Assembly (NCBI RefSeq): GCF_009914755.1
Contig: NC_060948.1
Length of the DNA stretch: 64,000 bases
Strand: one strand, 5' to 3'
Source of the DNA: the human T2T-CHM13v2.0 reference genome, Homo sapiens
The notes beneath the pieces are model-generated. The model saw nothing but the letters and a program-made list of their open reading frames with translations. It was not told the DNA's origin and did no database searches. A program made the translations under genes and the position numbers. Shown one piece after another: positions 26,358-40,543 of the stretch; position 1 is the stretch's first letter, and every line of letters begins with the position of its first letter.

Positions 26358-29300
26358 GGCCTGGAATAAAGTGGAATGCTACGGTCTCGAATGGAATAAA
26401 AATGTATGGAATGGAATGCAATGAAACGGAATCGAATGTCATCGAATGTAATGGAATGCAAAAAAATGGACTCCAAAATCATTGACTGGAAAGGCTGGGT
26501 GTCGAAAGGAATTGACTCCAATGGAATGGAATCGAATGGAATGGAAGTGAATAGAATCAAACTAAATCGAATGGAATGGAATTGATAGGAACGGAATGGA
26601 AAGGAATGCAATGATTTGGCATGGAATGGAATCGAATGGCATCAAATGGAATGGAATGGAATGCAATGGAATGGAATGTATTAGAATATAATGAACTTTA
26701 ATGGAATGTACTCGAATGGATTCGACTGGAATGGAATGTTCTGGAAGTGAATGGACTCCAATGGAATGGATTCCAAAGGAATGGAATCGTACGGAATGGA
26801 ATCTAATGGAATGGAATTAAATGGAAATGAATCAAATTGAATAGCACGGAATTGAATTGAATGGAATGGAATGCAATGGAATCTAATGAAACGGAAAGGA
26901 AAGGAATGGAATGGAATGGAATGGGCTGGAATGGAAAGGAATCGAAACGAATGGAATGGAATCGAACTGAAGAGACTGGAATGGAAAGCACTGGAATGGA
27001 AGGGAGTGTAATGGAAGGTTCTCGAAAAAAATGGAATCGAATGGAATGCAATTGAATGGAACGGAATAGAGTCGAATGCAATTGAATGGAATGGAATGGA
27101 CTAGAGTGAAATGGAATCGAACCACAAGGAATGGACATGAATAGAATGGTCTCGAATTGAATGGAATCGTATGGAATGGCATCAAACGAAATGGAATGGA
27201 CAGCCACGGAATGGAATGCACTCGAATGCAATGGAGTCGAAACTAATGGACTGGAATAGAATGGACTCGACTGGTAAGGACTCCAATGGAATGGAATCGA
27301 ATGGAAGGGAAACGAACGGAATGGACTCGAAGGGAAAAGACTGCAATGGAAAGGTCTCGAATGGAATGGAAATTAATGGAATGGAATGGAATCCAATGAA
27401 ATGGAGTCAAAAGGAATGGAATCGAATGGCAAGAAATCGAATGTAATGGAATCGCAAGGAATTGATGTGAACGGAACGGAATGGAATGGAATCCAAAGGA
27501 ATGGAATAGAATGGAATGGAATCGAATGGAAAGGACTCGAATGGAAATCACTCGAATAGAATGCAATTTAATAAAATAGGATCAAATGTAATGGAATGGA
27601 ATGGAAAGGAATCGAAACGAAAGGAATGGAGACCGATGGAATGGAATGGAACAGAGAGCAATGGTATAGAATGGAATGGAATCATCTGGAATGGAATTGA
27701 ATGGAATGGAATAATATGAAATGGAATGGAATGGAATGGAATGGAATGCCCTTGAATTAAATGGACTGGAATGGAATGGACTCGAACAGAGTGGAATGGA
27801 AAGTGTTGAGATAGAATGGAATGGACTCCTTTGGAATGGTGTAGTATGCAATGTAATCGACTGGCAGGGAATCAAAAGGAATGTAATGGAATGGATTGGA
27901 CTGGAATGCAATGGACTCGAATAGATTGGAAACGGAATGCAAAGGAATGGAATGGAATAGTATGGAATGGAATGGAAAGGAATGGAGTGGAATAGACTAG
28001 AGTGGAATGGAATGGACTGGAAAGCAATGGACTGGAATGGAACTTTCTTGAATGGACTGGAATCAAACGGAATGGAATGCAATGCAATCAAATGGCATGG
28101 AATAAAATAGAATGAAAGAGAATCAAATGGAATTGAATCGAATGGAATCGAATGGATTGGAAAGGAATAGAATGGAATGGAATGGAATTGACTCAAATGG
28201 AATGGACTAGAATGGAATGGATTCGAATGGAAGGCAAAGGAATGGAATCTATTGGAATGGACTGTAATGGAATGGAATGGAAGGGATTGGAATGGACTCG
28301 AATGGAATGGACTGCAATAGAAAGGATTCGAATGGAATGAAAAAGAATTGAATGGAATAGAACAGAATGGAATCAAATCGAATGAAATGGAATGGAATAG
28401 AAAGGAATGGAATGAAATGGAATGGAAAGGATTCGAATGGAATGCAATCGAATGGAATGGAATCGAACGGAATGGAATAAAATGGAAGAAAACTGGCAAG
28501 AAATGGAATCGAAATGAATGGAGTGTTATGGAACGGACTCAAAAGGAATTGAATGTAATAGAATGGAGTGGAGTGGACTCGAATATAATGGACTGGAATG
28601 GAATGAAATCACATGGAATGGGAACGAATGGAATGGAATGGAAAGGAATGGAATGGAATGGAAAGGAATCGAATGGAAGGGAATGAAATTGAATCAACAG
28701 GAATGGAAGGGAATAGAATAGACGGTAATGGAATGGACTCGAATAGAATGGACACGAATGCTCAAATTGAATGGACTCGAAAGGAATGGAAAGGAAAGGA
28801 ATGTCATCGAATGGAATTGAATCGATTGGAATGAAATCGCATAGAATGGAGTGGAATCAAATGGAATTGAATCGAAAGGAAAGGAAGCGAATGGACTGAA
28901 ATGAAATGGAATGGAATTGAATGGAATGTAATGCAATGGAATAGAATGGAACGAAATTTCACGGAATGGAATCAAACTGAATGGAATCAAATCAATGGAA
29001 TCTAATCAAATGGAATGGAAAGGAATTGAATGGAGTAGATTGGATTGGATGGGATTGGAATGAAATGTACTGGAAAGGACTCGAATTTCATGAAACGGAA
29101 TGGAATGAATTGGAACGGAATGGACTCGAATGGAATGGAATGTCATCGAATGGCATCAAATGGAATGGCATCAAATGGAATGGAATCGAATGCAATGGAA
29201 TGCTATGGAATGGAATGGAATGCATTGGAATGGAATGTCCTCTAATGGAATGGATTCGAGTGGAATGGAATCGAATATAATGGAGTCGAATGAAATGGAA

Positions 29301-29906
29301 TTGAAAAGAATGGGATCGAATACAATGGAATATACTGGAATGTAATGTAATGAACTCGAATGTAATTGACTGGAATGGAATGTACATGAATGGAATGTAA
29401 TCGAATAGAAAGTAATCCAATGGAATAGAATGTAATGCAATAAAATCGACTCAGATAGAGTAGAATGTAATGGAATGGAGTGTAGTGCAATGGAATGGAA
29501 TGGAATGGAATGCAATGGAATGGAATGGAATGGAATGGAATGGGATGGAATGGTATGGAATGGATAGTAATGGACTGGAGTGAAATGGACTGGAAAGGAA
29601 TGGACTCAAATTGAAAGGGCTCGAAAGGAATGGAGACAAATGGAATGGTCTGGAATGGAATGAACACGAATGTAATGCAATCCAATAGAATGGAGTCGAA
29701 TGGCAGGGAATATAAAGAAATGGAATCGAAGAGAATGGAAACAAATGGAATGGAATTGAATGGAATGGAATTGAATGGAATGGGAACGAATGGAGTGAAA
29801 TTGTATGCAGTAGAAGAGAATAGAATGGAATGCAAGCGAAAGGAAAGGAATGGATTGGAATGGAATGGAATTCATTGGAATGGAAGGGAATGTAGTGTAA
29901 TGGACA
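26358..29906 (+). repeat. DYZ1 monomer U8, 3549 bp, type D
   Basis: GGCC at 26358 and 29907; markers gaaagcactgg, two tgcaattgaa, ctggtaaggac, gggaaacgaac. Confidence 0.9.
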
Positions 29907-32900
29907 GGCCTGGAATAAAGTGGAATGCTACGGTCTCGAATGGAATAAAAATGTATGGAATGGAATGCAATGAAACGGAATCGAATGTCATAGAATGTAA
30001 TGGAATGCAAAAAAATGGAATCCAAAATCATTGACTGGAAAGGCTGGGTGTCGAAAGGAATTGACTCCAATGGAATGGAATCGAATGGAATGGAAGTGAA
30101 TAGAATCAAACTAAATCGAATGGAATGGAATTGATAGGAACGGAATGGAAAGGAATGCAATGATTTGGCATGGAATGGAATCGAATGGCATCAAATGGAA
30201 TGGAATGGAATGCAATGGAATGGAATGTATTAGAATATAATGAACTTTAATGGAATGTACTCGAATGGATTCGACTGGAATGGAATGTTCTGGAAGTGAA
30301 TGGACTCCAATGGAATGGATTCCAAAGGAATGGAATCGTACGGAATGGAATCTAATGGAATGGAATTAAATGGAAATGAATCAAATTGAATAGCACGGAA
30401 TTGAATTGAATGGAATGGAATGCAATGGAATCTAATGAAACGGAAAGGAAAGGAATGCAATGGAATGGAATGGGCTGGAATGGAAAGGAATCGAAACAAA
30501 TGGAATGGAATCGAACTGAAGAGACTGGAATGGAAAGCACTGGAATGGAAGGGAGTGTAATGGAAGGTTCTCGAAAAAAATGGAATCGAATGGAATGCAA
30601 TTGAATGGAACGGAATAGAGTCGAATGCAATTGAATGGAATGGAATGGACTAGAGTGAAATGGAATCGAACCACAAGGAATGGACAGGAATAGAATGGTC
30701 TCGAATTGAATGGAATCGTATGGAATGGCATCAAACGAAATGGAATGGACAGCCACGGAATGGAATGCACTCGAATGCAATGGAGTCGAAACTAATGGAC
30801 TGGAATAGAATGGACTCGACTGGTAAGGACTCCAATGGAATGGAATCGAATGGAAGGGAAACGAACGGAATGGACTCGAAGGGAAAAGACTGCAATGGAA
30901 AGGTCTCGAATGGAATGGAAATTAATGGAATGGAATGGAATCCAATGAAATGGAGTCAAAAGGAATGGAATCGAATGGCAAGAAATCGAATGTAATGGAA
31001 TCGCAAGGAATTGATGTGAACGGAACGGAATGGAATGGAATCCAAAGGAATGGAATAGAATGGAATGGAATCGAATGGAAAGGACTCGAATGGAAATCAC
31101 TCAAATAGAATGAAATTTAATAAAATGGGATCAAATGTAATGGAATGGAATGGAAAGGAATCGAAACGAAAGGAATGGAGACAGATGGAATGGAATGGAA
31201 CTGAGAGCAATGGTATAGAATGGAATGGAATCATCTGGAATGGAATTGAATGGAATGGAATAATATGAAATGGAATGGAATGGAATGGAATGCCCTTGAA
31301 TTAAATGGGCTGGAATGGAATGGACTCCAACAGAGTGGAATGGAAAGTGTTGAGATAGCATGGAATGGACTCCTTTGGAATGGTCTAGTATGCAATGCAA
31401 TCGACTGGCAGGGAATCAAAAGGAATGTAATCGAATGGATTGGACTGGAATGCAATGGACTCGAATAGATTGGAAACGGAATGCAAAGGAATGGAATGGA
31501 ATAGTATGGAATGGAATGGAAAGGAATGGAGTGGAATAGACTAGAGTGGAATGGAATGGACTCGAAAGCAATGGACTGGAATGGAACTTTCTTGAATGGA
31601 CTGGAATCAAACGGAATGGAATGCAATGCAATCAAATGGCATGGAATAAGATAGAATGAAAGAGAATCAAATGGAATTGAATGGAATGGAATCGAATGGA
31701 TTGGAAAGGAATAGAATGGAATGGAATGGAATTGACTCAAATGGAATGGACTAGAATGGAATGGATTCGAATGGAAGGCAAAGGAATGGAATCTATTGGA
31801 ATGGACTGTAATGGAATGCAATGAAAGGGATTGGAATGGACTCGAATGGAATGGACTGCAATAGAAAGGATTCGAATGGAATGAAAAAGAATTGAATGGA
31901 ATAGAACAGAATGGAATCAAATCGAATGAAATGGAATGGAATAGAAAGGAATGGAATGAAATGGAATGGAAAGGATTCGAATGGAATGCAATCAAATGGA
32001 ATGGAATCGAACGGAATGGAATAAAATGGAAGAAAACTGGCAAGAAATGGAATCGAAATGAATGGAGTGTTATGGAATGGACTCAAAAGGAATTGAATGT
32101 AATAGAATGGAGTGGAGTGGACTCGAATATAATGGACTGGAATGGAATGAAATCACACGGAATGGGAACGAATGGAATGGAATGGAAAGGAATGGAATCG
32201 AATGGAAAGGAATCGAATGGAAGGGAATGAAATTGAATCAACAGGAATGGAAGGGAATAGAATAGACGGTAATGGAATGGACTCGAATAGAATGGACACG
32301 AATGCTCAAATTGAATGGACTCGAATGGAATGGAAAGGAAAGGAATGTCATCGAATGGAATTGAATCGATTGGAATGAAATCGCATAGAATGGAGTAGAA
32401 TCAAATGGAATTGAATCGAAAAGAAAGGAAGCGAATGGACTGAAATGAAATGGAATGGAATTGAATGGAAAGTAATGCAATGGAATAGAATGGAACGAAA
32501 TTTCACGGAATGGAATCAAACTGAATGGAATCAAGTCAATAGAATCAAATCAAATGGAATGGAAAGGAATTGAATGGAGTAGATTGGATTGGATGGGATT
32601 GGAATGAAATGTACTGGAAAGGACTCGAATTTCATGAAACGGAATGGAATGAATTGGAACGGAATGGACTCGAATGGAATGGAATGTCATGGAATGGAAT
32701 CAAATGGAATGGCATCAAATGGAATGGAATCGAATGCAATGGAATGCTATGGAATGGAATGGAATGCATTGGAATGGAATGTCCTCTAATGGAATGGATT
32801 CGAGTGGAATGGAATCGAATATAATGGAATCGAATGAAATGGAATTGAAAAGAATGGGATCGAATACAATGGAATATACTGGAATGTAATGTAATGAACT

Positions 32901-33430
32901 CGAATGTAATTGACTGGAATGGAATGTACATGAATGGAATGTAATCGAATGGAAAGTAATCCAATGGAATAGAATCTAATGCAATAAAATCGACTCAGAT
33001 AGAGTAGAATGTAATGGAATGGAGTGCAGTGCAATGGAATGGAATGCAATGGAATGGAATGGAATGGAATGGAATGGGATGGGATGGAATGGTATGGAAT
33101 GGATAGTAATGGACTGGAAAGGAATGGACTCAAATTGAAAGGGCTCGAAAGGAATGGAGACAAATGGAATGGTCTGGAATGGAATGAACACGAATGTAAT
33201 GCAATCCAATAGAATGGAGTCGAATGGCAGGGAATATAAAGAAATGGAATCGAAGAGAATGGAAACAAATGGAATGGAATTGAATGGAATGGAATTGAAT
33301 GGAATGGGAACGAATGGAGTGAAATTGTATGCAGTAGAAGAGAATAGAATGGAATGCAAGCGAAAGGAAAGGAATGGATTGGAATGGAATGGAATTCATT
33401 GGAATGGAAGGGAATGTAGTGTAATGGACA
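29907..33430 (+). repeat. DYZ1 monomer U9, 3524 bp, type D
   Basis: GGCC at 29907 and 33431; D markers; 15-bp deletion near 33115. Confidence 0.9.
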
Positions 33431-36400
33431 GGCCTGGAATAAAGTGGAATGCTACGGTCTTGAATGGAATAAAAATGTATGGAATGGAATGCAATGAAAC
33501 GGAATCGAATGTCATAGAATGTAATGCAATGCAAAAAAATGGAATCCAAAATCATTGACTGGAAAGTCTGGGTGTCGAAAGGAATTGACTCCAATGGAAT
33601 GGAATCGAATGGAATGGAAGTGAATAGAATCAAACTAAATCGAATGGAATGGAATTGATAGGAACGGAATGGAAAGGAATGCAATGATTTGGCATGGAAT
33701 GGAATCGAATGTCTTCAAATGGAATGGAATGGAATGCAATGGAATGGAATGTATTAGAATGTAATGAACTTTAATGGAATATACTCGAATGGATTCGACT
33801 GGAATGGAATGTTCTGGAAGTGAATGGACTCCAATGGAATGGATTCAAAAGGAATGGAATCGTACGGAATGGAATCTAATGGAATGGAATTAAATGGAAA
33901 TGAATCAAATTGAATAGCACGGAATTGAATTGAATGGAATGGAATGCAATGGAATCTAATGAAACGGAAAGGAAAGGAATGCAATGGAATGGAATGGGCT
34001 GGAATGGAAAGGAATCGAAACGAATGGAATGGAATCGAACTGAAGAGACTGGAATGGAAAGCACTGGAATGGAAGGGAGTGTAATGTAAGGTTCTCGAAA
34101 AAAATGGAATCGAATGGAATGCAATTGAATGGAACGGAATAGAGTCGAATGCAATTGAATGGAATGGAATGGACTAGAGTGAAATGGAATCGAACCACAA
34201 GGAATGGACAGGAATAGAATGGTCTCGAATTGAATGGAATCGTATGGAATGGCATCAAACGGAATGGAATGGACAGCCACGGAATGGAATGCACTCGAAT
34301 GCAATGGAGTCGAAACTAATGGACTGGAATAGAATAGACTCGACTGGTAAGGACTCCAATGGAATGGAATCGAATGGAAGGGAAACGAACGGAATGGACT
34401 CGAAGGGAAAAGACTGCAATGGAAAGGTCTCGAATGGAATGGAAATTAATGGAATGGAATGGAATCGAATGAAATGGAGGCAAAAGGAATGGAATCGAAT
34501 GGCAAGAAATCGAATGTAATGGAATCGCAAGGAATTGATGTGAACGGAACGGAATGGAATGGAATCCAAAGGAATGGAATAGAATGGAATGGAATCGAAA
34601 GGAAAGGACTCGAATGGAAATCACTCGAATAGAATGAAATTTAATAAAATAGGATCAAATGTAATGGAATGGAATGGAAAGGAATCGAAACGAAAGGAAT
34701 GGAGACAGATGGAATGGAATGGAACACAGAGCAATGGTATAGAATGGAATGGAATCATCTGGAATGGAATTGAATGGAATGGAATAATATGAAATGGAAT
34801 GGAATGAAATGGAATGCCCTTGAATTAAATGGACTGGAATGGAATGGACTCCAACAGAGTGGAATGGAAAGTGTTGAGATAGAATGGAATGGACTCCTTT
34901 GGAATGGTCTAGTATGCAATGCAATCGACTGGCAGGGAATCAAAAGGAATGTAATCGAATGGATTGGACTGGAATGCAATGGACTCGAATAGATTGGAAA
35001 CGGAATGCAAAGGAATGGAATGGAATAGTATGGAATGGAATGGAAAGGAATGGAGTGGAATAGACTAGAGTGGAATGGAATGGACTCGAAAGCAATGGAC
35101 TGGAATGGAACTTTCTTGAATGGACTGGAATCAAACGGAATGGAATGCAATGCAATCAAATGACATGGAATAAGATAGAATGAAAGAGAATCAAATGGAA
35201 TTGAATCGAATGGAATCGAATGGATTGGAAAGGAATAGAATGGAATGGAATGGAATTGACTCAAATGGAATGGACTAGAATGGAATGGATTCGAATGGAA
35301 GGCAAAGGAATGGAATCTATTGGAATGGACTGTAATGGAATGCAATGGAAGGGATTGGAATGGACTCGAATGGAATGGACTGCAATAGAAAGGATTCGAA
35401 TGGAATGAAAAAGAATTGAATGGAATAGAACAGAATGGAATCGAATCGAATGAAATGGAATGGAATAGAAAGGAATGGAATGAAATGGAATGGAAAGGAT
35501 TCGAATGGAATGCAATCGAATGGAATGGAATCGAACGGAATGGAATAAAATGGAAGAAAACTGGCAAGAAATGGAATCGAAATGAATGGAGTGTTATGGA
35601 ACGGACTCAAAAGGAATTGAATGTAATAGAATGGAGTGGAGTGGACTCGAATATAATGGACTGGAATGGAATGAAATCACATGGAATGGGAACGAATGGA
35701 ATGGAATGGAAAGGAATGGAATCGAATGGAAAGGAATCGAATGGAAGGGAATGAAATTGAATCAACAGGAATGGAAGGGAATAGAATAGACGGTAATGGA
35801 ATGGACTCGAATAGAATGGACACGAATGCTCAAATTGAATGGACTCGAATGGAATGGAAACGAAAGGAATGTCATCGAATGGAATTGAATCGATTGGAAT
35901 GAAATCACATAGAATGGAGTGGAATCAAATGGAATTGAATCGAAAGGAAAGGAAGCGAATGGACTGAAATGAAATGGAATGGAATTGAATGGAAAGTAAT
36001 GCAATGGAATAGAATGGAACGAAATTTCACGGAACGGAATCAAACTGAATGGAATCAAATCAATGGATTCTAATCAAATGGAATGGAAAGGAATTGAAGG
36101 GAGTAGATTGGATTGGATGGGATTGGAATGAAATGTACTGGAAAGGACTCGAATTTCATGAAACGGAATGGAATGAATTGGAACGGAAGGGACTCGAATG
36201 GAATGGAATGTCATGGAATGGCATCAAATGGAATGGCATCAAATGGAATGGAATCGAATGCAATGGAATGTTATGGAATGGAATGGAATGCATTGGAATG
36301 GAATGTCCTCTAATGGAATGGATTCGAGTGGAATGGAATCGAATATAATGGAGTCGAATGAAATGGAATTGAAAAGAATGGGATCGAATACAATGGAATA

Positions 36401-36974
36401 TACTGGAATGAAATGTAATGAACTCGAATGTAATTGACTGGAATGGAATGTACATGAATGGAATGTAATCGAATGGAAAGTAATCCAATGGAATAGAATC
36501 TAATGCAATAAAATCGACTCAGATACAGTAGAATGTAATGGAATGGAGTGCAGTGCAATGGAATGGAATGGAATGGAATGCAATGGAATGGAATGGAATG
36601 GAATGGAATGGGATGGAATGGGATGGAATGGATAGTAATGGACTGGAGTGAAATGGACTGGAAAGGGATGGACTCAAATTGAAAGGGCTCGAAAGGAATG
36701 GAGACAAATGGAATGGTCTGGAATGGAATGAACACGAATGTAATGCAATCCAATAGAATGGAGTCGAATGGCAGGGAATATAAAGAAATGGAATCGAAGA
36801 GAATGGAAACAAATGGAATGGAATTGAATGGAATGGAATTGAATGGAATGGGAACGAATGGAGTGAAATTGTATGCAGTAGAAGAGAATAGAATGGAATG
36901 CAAGCGAAAGGAAAGGAATGGATTGGAATGGAATGGAATTCATTGGAATGGAAGGGAATGTAGTGTAATGGACA
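33431..36974 (+). repeat. DYZ1 monomer U10, 3544 bp, type D
   Basis: GGCC at 33431 and 36975; D markers. Confidence 0.9.
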
Positions 36975-39900
36975 GGCCAGGAATAAAGTGGAATGCTACG
37001 GTCTCGAATGGAATAAAAATGTATGGAATGGAATGCAATGAAACGGAATCGAATGTCATAGAATGTAATGGAATGCAAAAAAATGGACTCCAAAATCATT
37101 GACTGGAAAGGCTGGGTGTCGAAAGGAATTGACTCCAATGGAATGGAATCGAATGGAATGGAAGTGAATAGAATCAAACTAAATCGAATGGAATGGAATT
37201 GATAGGAACGGAATGGAAAGGAATGCAATGATTTGGCATGGAATGGAACCGAATGGCATCGAATGGAATGGAATGGAATGCAATGGAATGGAATGTATTA
37301 GAATGTAATGAACTTTAATGGAATGTACTCGAATGGATTCGACTGGAATGGAATGTTCTGGAAGTGAATGGACTCCAATGGAATGGATTCAAAAGGAATG
37401 GAATTGTACGGAATGGAATCTAATGGAATGGAATTAAATGGAAATGAATCAAATTGAATAGCACGGAATTGAATTGAATGGAATGGAATGCAATGGAATC
37501 TAATGAAACGGAAAGGAAAGGAATGGAATGGAATGGAATGGGCTGGAATGGAAAGGAATCGAAACGAATGGAATGGAATCGAACTGAAGAGACTGGAATG
37601 GAATGCACTGGAATGGAAGGGAGTGTAATGGAAGGTTCTCGAAAAAAAAGGAATCGAATGGAATGGAATTGAATGGAACGGAATAGAGTCGAATGGAATT
37701 GAATGGAATGGAATGGACTAGAGTGAAATGGAATCGAACCACAAGGAATGGGCAGGAATAGAATGGTCTCGAATTGAATGGAATCGTATGGAATGGCATC
37801 AAACGGAATGGAATGGACAGCCCCGGAATGGAATGCACTCGAATGCAATGGAGTCGAAACTAATGGACTGGAATAGAATGGACTCGACTGGTACGGACTC
37901 CAATGGAATGGAATCGAATGGAAGGGAATCGAACGGAATGGACTCGAAGGGAAAAGACTGCAATGGAAAGGTCTCGAATGGAATGGAAATTAATGGAATG
38001 GAATGGAATCGAATGAAATGGAGTCAAAAGGAATGGAATCGAAGGGCAAGAAATCGAATGTAATGGAATCGCAAGGAATTGATGTGAACGGAACGGAATG
38101 GAATGGAATCCAAAGGAATGGAATAGAATGGAATGGAATCGAATGGAAAGGACTCGAATGGAAATCACTCGAATAGAATGCAATTTAATAAAATAGGATC
38201 AAATGTAATGGAATGGAATGGAAAGGAATCGAAACGAAAGGAATGGAGACAGATGGAATGGAATGGAACAGAGAGCAATGGTATAGAATGGAATGGAATC
38301 ATCTGGAATGGAATTGAATGGAATGGAATAATATGAAATGGAATGGAATGGAATGGAATGGAATGCCCTCGAATTAAATGGACTGGAATGGAATGGACTC
38401 GAACAGAGTGGAATGGAAAGTGTTGAGATAGAATGGAATGGACTCCTTTGGAATGGTGTAGTATGCAATGCAATCGACTGGCAGGGAATCAAAAGGAATG
38501 TAATCGAATGGATTGGACTGGAATGCAATGGACTCGAATAGATTGGAAACGGAATGCAAAGGAATGGAATGGAATAGTATGGAATGGAATGGAAAGGAAT
38601 GGAGTGGAATAGACTAGAGTGGAATGGAATGGACTGGAAAGCAATGGACTGGAATGGAACTTTCTTGAATGGACTGGAATCAAACGGAATGGAATGCAAT
38701 GCAATCAAATGGCATGGAATAAAATAGAATGAAAGAGAATCAAATGGAATTGAATCGAATGGAATCGAATGGATTGGAAAGGAATAGAATGGAATGGAAT
38801 GGAATTGACTCAAATGGAATGGACTAGAATGGAATGGATTCGAATGGAAGGCAAAGGAATGGAATCTATTGGAATGGACTGTAATGGAATGGAATGGAAG
38901 GGATTGGAATGGACTCGAATGGAATGGACTGCAATAGAAAGGATTCGAATGGAATGAAAAAGAATTGAATGGAATAGAACAGAATGGAATCAAATCGAAT
39001 GAAATGGAATGGAATAGAAAGGAATGGAATGAAATGGAATGGAAAGGATTCGAATGGAATGCAATCGAATGGAATGGAATCGAACGGAATGGAATAAAAT
39101 GGAAGAAAACTGGCAAGAAATGGAATCGAAATGAATGGAGTGTTATGGAACGGACTCAAAAGGAATTGAATGTAATAGAATGGAGTGGAGTGGACTCGAA
39201 TATAATGGACTGGAATGGAATGAAATCACATGGAATGGGAACGAATGGAATGGAATGGAAAGGAATGGAATCGAATGGAAAGGAATCGAATGGAAGGGAA
39301 TGAAATTGAATCAACAGGAATGGAAGGGAATAGAATAGACGGTAATGGAATGGACTCGAACAGAATGGACACGAATGCTCAAATTGAATGGACTCGAATG
39401 GAATGGAAACGAAAGGAATGTCATCGAATGGAATTGAATCGATTGGAATGAAATCGCATAGAATGGAGTGGAATCAAATGGAATTGAATCGAAAGGAAAG
39501 GAAGCGAATGGACTGAAATGAAATGGAATGGAATTGAATGGAAAGTAATGCAATGGAATAGAATGGAACGAAATTTCACGGAATGGAATCAAACTGAATG
39601 GAATCAAATCAATGGAATCAAATCAAATGGAATGGAAAGGAATTGAATGGAGTAGATTGGATTGGATGGGATTGGAATGAAATGTACTGGAAAGGACTTG
39701 AATTTCATGACACGGAATGGAATGAATTGGAACGGAATGGACTCGAATGGAATGGAATGTCATGGAATGGCATCAAATGGAATGGCATCAAATGGAATGG
39801 AATCGAATGCAATGGAATGCTATGGAATGGAATGGAATGCATTGGAATGGAATGTCCTCTAATGGAATGGATTCGAGTGGAATGGAATCGAATATAATGG

Positions 39901-40543
39901 AGTCGAATGAAAAGGAATTGAAAGGAGTGGGATCGAATACAATGGAATATACTGGAATGTAATGTAATGAACTCGAATGTAATTGACTGGAATGGAATGT
40001 ACATGAATGGAATGTAATCGAATGGAAAGTAATCCAATGGAATAGAATCTAATGCAATAAAACCGACTCAGATAGAGTAGAATGTAATGGAATGGAGTGC
40101 AGTGCAATGGAATGGAATGGAATGGAATGCAATGGAATGGAATGGAATGGAATGGAATGGAATGGAATGGAATGGAATGGGATGGAATGGGATGGAATGG
40201 ATAGTAATGGACTGGAGTGAAATGGACTGGAAAGGAATGGACTCAAATTGAAAGGGCTCGAAAGGAATGGAGTCAAATGGAATGGTCTGGAATGGAATGA
40301 ACACGAATGTAATGCAATCCAATAGAATGGAATCGAATGGCATGGAATATAAAGAAATGGAATCGAAGAGAATGGAAACAAATGGAATGGAATTGAATGG
40401 AATGGAATTGAATGGAATGGGAACGAATGGAGTGAAATTGTATGCAGTAGAAGGGAATAGAATGGAATGCAAGCGAAAGGAAAGGAATGGATTGGAATGG
40501 AATGGAATTCATTGGAATGGAAGGGAATGTAGTGTAATGGACA
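36975..40543 (+). repeat. DYZ1 monomer U11, 3569 bp, transitional Q-like
   Basis: GGCC at 36975 (context aggccagg) and 40544; ggtgtagta, aaaggagtggga, aaaaccgactca and the first agaagggaatag. Confidence 0.88.
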
